This document shows, one piece after another, positions 50,062-60,972 of a stretch of DNA of 64,000 nucleotides (the first letter of the stretch is position 1; each line of letters starts with the position of its first letter). The notes below the pieces were generated by a model. That model had not been told where the DNA came from. It was given only the letters and a program-made list of their open reading frames with translations, and made no database searches. The stretch is from Basidiobolus meristosporus CBS 931.73 (lineage: Eukaryota; Fungi; Basidiobolomycota). The position numbers were made by a program, and so were the translations under genes. The stretch covers positions 2,723-66,722 of the forward strand of contig MCFE01000494.1 in the NCBI GenBank assembly GCA_002104905.1, in the 5' to 3' direction.

Positions 50062-52833
50062 ATTTACTATAATATTTTTTAACACAAATGCAGGGAGTAT
50101 GAATGTTCACTAAGGTGAAGATTAATGCAAAAAGATGAGGAGGTGATGATTAATGGAACAAGAAGTAAGAAACAATATAACACGGAATTCAGGGGAATAT
50201 TGCAAACAGAAGTGGAATACGATTCCTTGTCGATGAAGCTTTGCCGAAAGGCTTGTGTAGAGAAAAAGAGGGGAGAATTGCTCGCTTATAAAGAAATCCT
50301 TATCCTAGCCCCGAGAAAATTTCCAACTTTGTCGAAGTAGCATTGATCTGGTTGGTTAAGTATTGGTAGAGGTTGTTGAATCATGGCATGATGCCCAAAT
50401 GGAATTATGTACGTGGAATACAAATCAATGATAACGGGGAGGCGATTCTTACCCCGTCTGTTACCGCATCCATCCGAAAATCACCCAAAAATACCGAGTC
50501 CCTGTGCTACCATGGCGAAGTTACCAAGTGACCTAAACATATTCCGCGCAGGTTGACACCCCGTTGACAATTAGCATGGGGTGTTTTAATTGGGCACAGA
50601 GTTCCGCTAAGCGATGCTTGATAGGAAGAATATTGGGGTGGGGGGCGTGAGTGTTGCTTGGCGAATCACAGCGCTCGGCTCTGAATTATCGATCTCTCAT
50701 TGGTGGCTTCTTGCTCAAGTTCATTAGAGATACGAAAACAAGTTACCAACGAAGCCCAAATATGGTGCAGTCAATTCACCATTTCGGACCCCATTGCCGT
50801 AACATTTGGTGTCCCCAGCCTTCATCTACTCAACAGCCTGAACATCTATATTCTACTGCATAATTTCCCACATTAGTTAGATGGGTAGCAGCTATATCTA
50901 TATTGGTACGATACTTTGAGCTGTGTAGAGCTCAATAATGCTTCCACCGATACACGGTGTATGAATGAAAGTGTGTCCCTCACTGTTTCTTTCATGATTT
51001 CTCCCACCACAGAAGAAAAATATCTCAGCTACTAGTGAAGGCGAAGGACGCTTGTGCTGTGTTGTGTCGCTATGCTTGGCATGTGTTTTGTTGAGTGACC
51101 GACTTCTGGTGGCTTGTAAAGCTTCACCATGACTACTCATAATCTGCGCCACAGTCCACACAAAATGGGGCCTTCATAATGCTAAAAAACTGGTTTATGA
51201 GTTTCCCCGATCTTCTGTGTTCGTACGGAACAAGAGATGTCTTTGATTAGGAATTTAGCCACTCATCACACGTACTGTTGGCAATCCGTACGGTGCCTCT
51301 TGACAGATCCACATTGGCTCCATATTACCAAGCATGAGTATTGGAACATTTTCTATCACATAGCGCAATCAGTACCTCCTTTATCGCTGAGGATAGTCAT
51401 CAAGCGACCCGAACAATGACATACCTCGGTTAAATGTTTCGGAGTGAATACCGGTTAACATCCCACAAACCCACAAGAGATCGGGACGATTTGGATGCTT
51501 GGGAGGTTATTAGATTAAAGTACAGGTGTTGGTGTTGTTTCGCCAACACCACTCCATGGTCGGCTATCAGAACTCCACAAAACCTACAGTATTGCTACGG
51601 TATTACTATGGGGTAAAGTGAATCTAGTTTCTGTGCTTGTGTCCTATATTTTGTGGAGAGTATACCCCAGAGAGCCTTACAAACCAATAACTGACGCTTC
51701 ATGGTATCTTCGGGATTTGCTATCCAGTTGCCTTGAGCCAGGACTCTGGGTTAACTGTAAGCTTTCAACATATTTGCATGTCACTGATTTTTAACTGATA
51801 CTAAATTTCCTAAAGAGTTACCAAAATCTGGAATACGGTGATTGGCCTGCTGCACCCAACGTGATGTTGAACAAGAATCATTGTTGGCCATTTCAACCAT
51901 CGGGTAGCCCCAAAGACTACCTGGTACCTATCGACAATCCTGGGCGATCCGCAATATTTCACATATCGATATTGCAGAGTCGTTAATTACTCGCAATTGT
52001 GGTCAGCGTAGGTATTGTTGTGTATCCCGAAGGGTAAAATAACTATATAAGGGTCAGAATGGCTGGTATGTAACAGTTCTTCTCATTGGCTCAATATCCC
52101 GAACGTGACCTTGGTGAGTCGCTTGAATGGATAAAGAGCGAGCATTGATTGGATAGATAGCAGATCTCTGATCAGCATTCATTGGCCCAGAATGACACTG
52201 AGCAATAGAAGGCGATAGATGGATGGGGAACATGCGAACTCACGTAATGAATTTTTGTAACGTGGAAGGCCGAGAGCAATCGCTACCAACTATTCTCAAT
52301 CATACGTCAATGAACCAATCGCCGTAAAATACCGATTTCCTATTGGAAATATGGGTATATTTAGAGAAGTCTGTAGAATTATTTCTGAAACGTGGTCGAG
52401 TCGTAATTTTCCACTTGTTTAAATAGTACTTTGATGGATATTGCTGCATATATAATATAAATTACATGAATTTAGTCATGGGCACAGAATCCCACCACTC
52501 CATGGCTATTTCAGCCGCCAGATGGATCTCTAACCCAAAAGCGGCTTGATATTGGCCCTGGTTAACATTGCTGTGAGTCCTACAGCTGCAAGTTATGATT
52601 CGTTGCATTTCGCCGCAATCTTAGACCAAGTTATTTACGTTTCTGCACCCCTTAAATAGTATCTGTCCACTTAACCTTATTCCTGCCCGGAGTCTTGCGA
52701 TAAGCTTCCGATGGTCATTAAGCAGCCATCTAGCATACCAACATCCATTCTACCACGGAGTCACTCCATCTAATTACATGCAACGGAGTGGGTGAAACGT
52801 TTATTTACAATCTGGTACATATCGGGTCTATGA

Positions 52834-55120
52834 CTATCTTCGGCCGGGCTCTACGCGTATAGACACATCCGGCGATGAGACGACAGCGGGGCTTGGAGGG
52901 TCGGATTGTTCCAAGCGGTCAATCCTATCAAGCACCTCTGTAATCTGTTGACAAAAGTGCTCAGGCCCGAGCAAACCGTAAAGCCCAGAGCTTTGAAAGA
53001 TTTTGAAGTGTTGCGGCCTTAGGTTGATGAAGTAAACATCGATCCCTCGATCGAGGTATTCGCCAACTATCTCTAGCAGGATCTGAATAGCACTATCATT
53101 TGCCAATGAATGTTTGTTACAAGCATATTTGTGGTGGATTCAGCGCAACCGAGCCTTACCTAGCATCAATCTCGGTCATGTTTTCGACCTCGAAGATTAC
53201 GTTCCGTATGGGGTATAGGTATGGCTTTGCAGAGGGATGTACTCTAAAGTCGCCGTATTGCTCGCTGCGACGTAGTCGATCCTTGAGTGAGCCCGAGTTG
53301 GCAAAATGGAGTGGTTCGTTGATTTTCAGAATCAACAAACCCACCGTTTGGACCGCTTCCGGAAAGTCACGAATCGGCTTGAATTTGTCATTGCTACCAG
53401 GAATCCGGCCCTACAGATCGGAAAGTCAGCACATTTTGCTATAGTCCCGAACAAATGCCCGGATCTTACCAAAATAGTAATGGAGGGCTTGGTACTTCTC
53501 TTGACCAAGGTGAGCAGCGCTAAGCTCAAGGAGATGAAGGTCCCAACTTCGATTCCAACCACAATGGTCAACGTGAAGTTTAACGTCATCAAGGTCAAGT
53601 CGGAATTGGCCCCGATCTTCCACAGAAAAGCGATGTCACTAGGTGCATCGAGCACCATCCCAGTGCCAGCCACAAAAATCAGCGAGGAGAGAACAGCCTT
53701 TGGGAGGCATTCGAAGAATGGCAGCAAGTACAAAATCGCCACAAGAACTAGTATGGAGCTTATGAGGCCGGCCATCTGCGTTCTAGCTCCGGCTGAGTTA
53801 GCTAACCGACTTCTCGGCATGGAGCCAAATGCCGGCATTGTCTGAAACAAAGACCCAACAACATTGGACATTCCAAGGGCAACCAGCTCTCTGTTGGGCG
53901 ACACCGAATAGTTGTGGAGTGTGGCGAAGCTCTTGGTGATCGCTGCGGATGATACGAAGCCGAGCAAAGCGATCAAGACTGCGGGTACTGCCAATTCTCT
54001 GATGCGATTGTGATCGAAGATCGGTGGCAGCTGGGGAAAAGGTATCGAGCCCTTATCAAGCTTGCCTACAATCAACACTCCCTCATCTTTCCACTCACGG
54101 ATGCAACAGAGAAGCGTTGAGATGATGACGACAACGAGGAATTCTGGCACATGCTGGATCCTGCTATGCGGGAACCGCCGCTTGAGGCCATGCACCACGA
54201 AGAGGAATCCGACGCTGGTAAGAGAAATGAAAGCGGTCAACGAATGGGTAGAGCTCAAGTTGCGGAGGACGAAGATAAGCTTTTGCAACGTTGTGTGTTC
54301 GCGAGGTGTAACCAAGTTGTCAAGGCCCAGGAGTGTGATCGATTGTCCCACGAGAATGATCGCACCGATTGCTGTGATGAAGCCACGAAGTAAGGCTCTC
54401 GATAGAAGCGAATCCAAGAAACCAACTCTAAGAAGCCCTAATAGCAAGGTAAACATGCCCACAAGAAAGCTTATTACTGAGGCGGTGGCTACCGCTTCAG
54501 CCATGATCATTTGCGGATCACTGATGTTTGCTACTCGCGAAGCAACAGAAAACCCAACGAGAATGGCTCCGATGGATTCGGGCCCGACGCTTATCTGTCT
54601 GTTTAACGAAGTTAGTATGCTTGTCCGCCGAGAATAGTGTTCTATGTTGATGTTTACCTAGACATACCAAAAAATGAGTATACGATACCGGGTATACATG
54701 CGGTATACAATCCATAAACCGGCGGAAGCCTGGCCAAAGCGGAAGCATATGATAAGCTTTGAGGTATGCTTAGGCAGACAACGGTTAGCGCACTAAAAAC
54801 ATCCCCACTCAATAGCTGCAGTGAATATTCTGGGATCCATTTTAGTGCGGGTATGTAGTATTTGAAACGGGTGCCAAGTTCTGTTGTGCTCCAATTTGTT
54901 CTATTTGAGCGGATTTCTTCACTGCTGGAGAAGGTTTCTTGAGTGGTGTCTATTGCAAATTGTGAGTATGGATTTTACCCAAGTCATAGAAGTAGCTCAG
55001 GAAGAAAGTCACACCTGAATGCACGGAGCTGTAGCTGCCGCGTCTCTTCTGATAACAGTTTTCGGCCTGAATTTCAAGTAAGGCCTCGGTTTCCTCGGAA
55101 TCAGGGGGAAGGCTTTGCAT
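52834..55120 (-). CDS. SulP/SLC26 sulfate-type anion transporter with STAS domain, multi-exon
   Basis: RFKYYIPALKWIP; IPQSLSYA..LARLPPVYGLY; VSPNRELVALG; FGSMPRSR; STAS region LILKINEPLHFAN. Confidence 0.9.
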
Positions 55121-55940
55121 TTTTGGCAGGTAAACCTAGTGCAGAGGAGCGATGGACGGCAAAGGTAGTTCTTTGCTAATATCATACTTGCCTGCTTGGA
55201 GTAAAGTGAGTGCACGGGAATAAGATAACCCAGAGATGGATGTTACTGGCTGAATTTGAGGGGAATATTTTTGTAAACTAATCCAGTCTATTTGGAAACC
55301 GACATCTGGAAACCGACTTTTGGAAACTTCATCGAAGAGTTTATGATGATGTGATGGTCTATCTAATCAGTCTAATCATGTATCCGAAATTGGGTGTCCA
55401 CTGTACAAGCAATTCACGGCATAGTCACTCTGCAAACAATTCTGTGAACGCTCACGTTGCTCAGACTAGATGCAGTGCAAGTAGCAAGGAGCTTTAAAGA
55501 GAAGATGAAATTTTTTCCTTAATATTAGTATTGGATTTCACTATGGTGTAGTTCTAGAATGTTAACCTGGAAGTCATTTGAAGCTTTGACTTGTTGGGAA
55601 AGGTTTGTAAAAGTATTGGTGTAAGTGTTTAGAGGAAGGTCCTAGGGTATGCAAAGCCTTGAATGTGCCAGAAATACTTGGTTACTGCCATATTTCACCA
55701 GAATTACTGTATATCATACAAAGTCAATAACCTCAATCCAACATATTCAAGCACGTGAGTATTTAGGCGCTAAGCTAATTATTTACTACTCTTCCAAATG
55801 CGGTAGATTACATCTCGTATCACGGATCTCAGATACCGGCAGCAACAAGGATATTTCATGTAGTCAACAATTAGTATGCTGGATATTTCATGTAATCATC
55901 AATTTTATAAGGGTACGCAAGGAGGGGCACATTTTGTCGC

Positions 55941-56684
55941 CTAAATCTCGGGATTTAGCAACTTGGACCTGACGGCCAATTCAGTGTAAGTTGCAAGGAT
56001 CTTTAGAGAGGAGAGGAAATCCTTTCTGACAAAATTCTTTGGCAGCCGCTCGTGAACAAAGATATCCTTGACCGCTTGCTTATCAATCTTTTTACCCTTT
56101 CCGAAGGCGGCCAGCAAAAGTGAAATCTCAAATTGAGTGATTAATTTTGTCCTTGGGGTGTAGGATACGTTGGGATTATTCTCTAGGCTGTGCTTGATGC
56201 GCTTGTTACTAAGTCTAGCAAAATCCTCGATGGTGTATGTTTCGCCATCACTTGAAGCGTCTTCGAGTTGCTGCAGTAATTCTGGATCGGCGTTAACTGG
56301 ATCCCCTAGATAGGTATCTTGACGTGAAAGGGAAAAGTCGTGCTCCAACCAGTTGTGTCTTTTCAAATCACGAAGGCTTGGTAAAACAAGCCCCGAGGGG
56401 CCAAACCGCCCATACAACGTATACACTAACCCTAAGAATGCTTCGCGCAGTAGGGGATTGAAGTGAACAACATCATCAATTCCCTTTCGCAGTTGTGAGA
56501 CGGTTATGTTTGCTCCAGAGCGGGGCAAGTATCCATGATTTGCTAGCACGTTTAGTACGGGACAGGGGCCACGAATTGCCCCCTTGGGTCGCTCCCAATA
56601 ATGAAGGTTTGGTGTGCCACTAACTGATGCATGCAACAATCCAATTAATAAAATTCCGAATACTACACGGATCTCCCTCATCAT
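55941..56684 (-). CDS. Secreted heme-thiolate peroxidase / short-type unspecific peroxygenase, intronless
   Basis: Signal peptide; RGPCPVLNVLANHGYLP (proximal Cys); EHDFSLSRQD. Confidence 0.92.
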   Translation of the reverse strand: MMREIRVVFGILLIGLLHASVSGTPNLHYWERPKGAIRGPCPVLNVLANHGYLPRSGANITVSQLRKGIDDVVHFNPLLREAFLGLVYTLYGRFGPSGLVLPSLRDLKRHNWLEHDFSLSRQDTYLGDPVNADPELLQQLEDASSDGETYTIEDFARLSNKRIKHSLENNPNVSYTPRTKLITQFEISLLLAAFGKGKKIDKQAVKDIFVHERLPKNFVRKDFLSSLKILATYTELAVRSKLLNPEI

Positions 56685-57312
56685 ATGTGCTTCTTACTTG
56701 GAGCGAGTAGCGCTAGTCAGTTGGTCAGTATATAAATAGCACTAAAGTTTCATTTATTGCTTGCTATGGTCAAAGGCATTTGGAACTGTTTGATAACTAC
56801 AAACATACTCGCCACTGTTCTCGATGTTTCACTGTAGTTTTTACTTCATGCAAGAACATGATTATATAAATATTGTTCTTATATATCAAAGTTAACCTAT
56901 AGGAAGTGAAGTTGGTATATGAATATGTAGCCTTACCTTCACTATGGTAATCTGCGTAGTAAATTTGCTTTGAATACTGAGTATGAATTTTTCTTTATTG
57001 CTTTGATTTTACTGAGTACCTCTATTGCCAGTTAATCAACAAATAATGTTCTAAAATACAAACTAACCTTTTATTGGTATATGTAAGTGATTACCATTTG
57101 TGCCATACTAGCATGGGATTTTATATGCATTCACATATATTTCAGTTTGGGTGTTTTGGACTAGAGACTTAACATATGTTGCAGCATTTGCATCAAGCCA
57201 GATTATGTATAACTTTTAGCATTCTGCATAACCTCCAAAGGTCCTGTTATTGCTTTCTGTGGGCATTGAGTATATGTTCTTCTATATGGGAGAATAGTCT
57301 AATTAGTCTCAT

Positions 57313-57756
57313 GAATTTTGTAAGTACACCTAAATATTCATAAAACTTAGTCACTTGGATCATGTTCTATAAATCTTAGAGAACTGTGCTTAAATACCTT
57401 GTTGAGATTAACTTGGAATAACTTCATCAAGACGTCAGGTACACAGAACAAGGAAAATTATTAAGTTGTCCAAATAACCCCAAACTTGGCTCATGTGCTC
57501 TCAGGACCCTCCTAAATATGTTCTACGTTTTGTAAATTTTGTAATTGCACCTAAATACTCATGTAGCTTGATCACCTAAGTTATTATCTGCTAATCTTGG
57601 AGAATTCCGGCCAGGTTCCTTGATGGGGCTCACTTGGAATATTTTCACCAAAATATCAGTAACCAAGAATATCAGAAATTTCAAAGCAGCTCAAAAGCCC
57701 CACTCTTTGCACACTTATTCTGGGGACTTTCCCAAGCATACTTTACAGGTTACTTT
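57313..57756 (+). repeat. Two degenerate partial copia LTRs
   Basis: TTTTGTAA..CACCTAAATA starts at ~57317 and ~57537 resemble the LTR 5' end. Confidence 0.6.
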
Positions 57757-58870
57757 TGTCTTAGGAGTCTTGGAGAAATGGAAGTGATTGGGAGAGCAAG
57801 CAGATTTTGTGGTTTGACTAAATGATTATTGAATGTAATAGTGGTATTAATACTTTTGCATGTTCTGGGGTAACAAGCACTGAGGATACATTTAAAAGGA
57901 CCCAAGAACATGTGTGTAAGGATTGGGGCTGTTTGTGTTGTAAAAATTTGTATTTCCACCTAAATATTCACCTAACTTAGTCACTTAGATCATTACCTTC
58001 ATATCTTATAGAATACTGACTAAATTCCTTGTTGGGATTTACTTAGAATATTTGCCCAGAACATGAAAATTAGATAAGTTGTCCAAACAGCCCCAAACTT
58101 TGCACACATGTTCTTGGGATCTTCCGTAACCTATTCTACATGTTTGTTATGCCAAGACCATGTAAAAGTATAAATACTACTTTTACATTCAATAAATCAT
58201 TAAGTGAAAGCCACATAATCTATCTGTCCTCCCAATCAATTCCAATATCACCAAGACTCTTACAACAGTTTGGCCCACTTATCAAATTTTCATGTTGTGG
58301 GTATCTGATGTTTCTGGTGAAAATATTCTTAGTAAATCCCACAAGGAGTTTGGCCTGTATTCTCTATGATTTGTAGGTTAAGAGATAAGTAACCAAGTTA
58401 GGTGACTACTTAGGAGGAATTACAAGCTTTTACAACACTCCCACTAAACTAAATGCTCACAAAGACTAGTCCCAATTTTGACCTAAGATATTCTAACTTG
58501 TCCCTGGCTAGCAGCTTGGTAAATATGTCTGCAATCATTTCATCTGTAGGACAGAAAACTAAGTTAGCTAAGTTATTCTCTATTGCTTCATGAGTACAGT
58601 GATGTCTAATATCTATGTGCTCAGTTATAGCATGAAAAGTTGGATTTCTACCAAACTGTATATATTCACTGTTATCTTGAAATAAAGTAATATGGGTTTT
58701 TTGACAGAAGCCCAAATCTTTAAAAAGCTTTCTTAACCACATTACTTCTTTTGTAGCATCACAGACTGCCATATTCTCTGCCTCTGTGGTGAAAAGTGCC
58801 ATAGTTGTTGGCTCAGACAACAGTCAGACAATCATCAAATTTCTGGTGTGACACTGTACAATTAGTGCCA
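57757..58870 (-). mobile_element. Copia 3' remnant (RNase H, PPT, 3' LTR at 58437-57757) interrupted by a solo LTR
   Basis: ORF 58449-58820: TTEAENMA, HIDIRHH, MIADIFTK; GTGGGAG/TGTTG junction at 58437. Confidence 0.85.
57936..58267 (+). mobile_element. Solo copia LTR with 5-bp target-site duplication GTTTG
   Basis: TGTTG...CAACA termini; GTTTG at 57931-57935 and 58268-58272; flanks rejoin into one minus-strand LTR. Confidence 0.88.
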
Positions 58871-59190
58871 ATTTAGGCTGATAAGTATCAGTGACCAGCA
58901 TAATTTACTGGTCAAGCACTTGTTCGATTGGAATCCAACAAGTTCTAAGGCTAAGGAATGGTCTCACATACCTTCAAGGTAGCCATTACTTCATAGTTAT
59001 TTAAAGTGTTTGCCATCAATTATATTAGATATGTTTGCATTGGAATGATACTGATTGCAGTGCTTCATAACTTCTCAATATTTGTCAGACTGCATGAGCT
59101 TCTTCAGATGAGGTATTACTGGAATATATCTGAAGTGTAAGCAAAATTCTCCTCCTGTGGTGGTGGATTCCTGACAAGTTGGGTTAGGGG

Positions 59191-59438
59191 TGTTGTGAAA
59201 ATTTGTATTTCCACCTAAATATTCACCTAACTTAGTCACTTAGATCATTACCTTCATATCCTAGAGAATACTGACCATACTCCTTATTGGGATTTACTTA
59301 GAATATTTTCACCAGAAACATCAGATACCCACAACATGAAAATTTGATAAGTGGGCCAAACTGTTGTAAGAGTCTTGGTAATATTGGAAGTGATTGGGAG
59401 GACAGGTAGATTATGTGGCTTTCACTTAATGATTTATT
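59191..59438. repeat. Composite LTR fragment (5' half on +, joined to the end of an opposite LTR)
   Basis: TGTTGTGAAAATTTG start; junction GGGCCAAAC/TGTTGTAAGAG is the reverse complement of the junction at 58263-58280. Confidence 0.8.
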
Positions 59439-59745
59439 GGGTTAGGGGGAGACAGTCACCAACAGGCAAAATCTTTATTTCAGTTGAAACAAAGAAGCCA
59501 GCACTACTGTTGTAGCTTTGATACAAGAGTGTGTAGCTGAGGGGAATTTGTAGGTAAGTTAATAAGAAGTGATGATAGTTCTTCAGTGCCCAAGACACTG
59601 TTCAGTGGGAAGGGGGATAGCAAGAGAGGTAAGAATGACTTGTGAACAACATTAATAAGGGGAATATGATAAGAATTGATATTCATCATAAAGGGAGTGT
59701 GCTGCTGCAGATATTGCTGCCAAAGGTCTGTCAAGTATTTCAGGT
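59439..59745 (-). mobile_element. 5'-truncated copy of telomeric LINE family A (unit 1)
   Basis: Near-identical to 60963-61268; encodes the last ~80 aa of the long ORF plus the same 3' tail. Confidence 0.9.
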
Positions 59746-59933
59746 AGGGGGGATGATCATCACCAAAGGGTGAAATCATTATTTAAATAATAAATAAAGA
59801 AGCCAAGTTTGAATATGAATATCTGAGATGCAGGGGTTAGGGGGGGAGGAAAGTCACCAAGTGGTGAAATCTTTATTTACTTATGACAAGTATCTAAAGA
59901 AGCCAAGTTTGAATATGAATATCTGAGATGCAG
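59744..59933 (-). repeat. Two short 3'-tail units (unit 2, variant tail; unit 3, 100-bp period)
   Basis: Each begins with (T)AGGGGGG and carries TCACC-N4-GGTGAAATC.TTATTT and AAAGAAGCCAAG; both end in TTTGAATATGAATATCTGAGATGCAG. Confidence 0.85.
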
Positions 59934-60388
59934 GGGTTAGGGGGGGAGGAAAGTCACCAAGTGGTGAAATCTTTATTTACTTATGACAAGTATCTAAAGA
60001 AGCCAAGTTAATCTGAAGTAGTTCCTAGTTAGCTAGGTCTGAGAGAGGTTTCCTGGAAAGCCAGGCCTGAGAAGTGAGAATCTGAATATATCTGAGCTAA
60101 GTTATACTGGTTTGCGGTAGCTGAATTGTGGCCGGAATGGCCAGTAGACTGGGGGAACTGAGATGAATTTCTGGGCGATCACTGGCCAAATTTGCTAGGC
60201 AAATCTGACCAATTAGCATTTCAAGGATTTCAGCCAATCAGAGCCTTTACTTTGCCCGATGGTTGATCAAGCCATCTCCCAATGAGCACACATCAATTTA
60301 TTGATCAAATTTTGCTGGATCCAGGAATTGAACCCACAACCATGGGAATGGAAGGGTTAGGGATAACCACAAGGCCAAGTGTCCTTGG
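59934..60388 (-). mobile_element. tRNA-headed SINE-like element, full-length copy 1 (unit 4, ~455 bp)
   Basis: Minus-strand A-box TGGCCTTGTGG (60377-60367) and B-box GGTTCAATTCC (60334-60324); shared 3' tail; homologous to 63256-63785. Confidence 0.75.
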
Positions 60389-60888
60389 TTAGGGGAGGGA
60401 AAGTCACCAAGTTGGTGAAATCTTTATTTGAGTTAAGAACTAATCTAGGTACAAATAAAGAAGCCAATTAAGAGGTCTAGAACCTCTCTAATAAGTAATC
60501 TAATTTATGTTTTGTCTCATCTCTAATGTTTGTTTCAATAAAGTAAAGCACATCAGGGGTAAATATAAAATTCAGGGGTTTTGGGGGAAGTACAAATTGT
60601 AGATGTTTCTGATCAATATAATCCAAGACTGGAACCCAGCCTGGGATTAGGTGTAGTAGGAAAGGTGTGTGGACTTGTAAGTAGCTCTGCCACATAGATC
60701 TTAGATGGTCCTGAGCCAGTAGTCTTGGTTTCTCAGCTTTGTGAAGTTTTGAAGCAAGCTCTGTTACTACAGCAGAGCCAACCAGTGTGTGCCAGCAAGA
60801 AGATTTCAGGGAGGAGTTAGATTGAAGCCATTGTTTGATGGAGGGGTTATGTGATTTCTGAAGTTTGACTAGGAAGGAAGCACAGAGT
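60387..60888 (-). mobile_element. 5'-truncated copy of a second, diverged telomeric LINE family B (unit 5)
   Basis: Open frame 60888-60477 aligns without gaps to the family A C-terminus (NP.IK.W, SCW.T..G, EKP.L, WQ.YLQ.HTPF); same tail motif. Confidence 0.82.
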
Positions 60889-60972
60889 TAGGGGGGGAGG
60901 AAAGTCACCAAGTGGTGAAATCTTTATTTACTTATGACAAGTTTCTAAAGGGTTAGGGTTAGGTTAGGGGGG
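60887..60972. repeat. Very short SINE-type tail (unit 6) capped by an internal telomeric tract GGGTTAGGGTTAGGTTAGGGGGG (60950-60972)
   Basis: Direct reading. Confidence 0.9.

Noticed and set aside
60324-60388. Possible genuine tRNA genes (also 63721-63785)
   Set aside because: Acceptor, anticodon and T stems do not pair properly; treated as SINE heads
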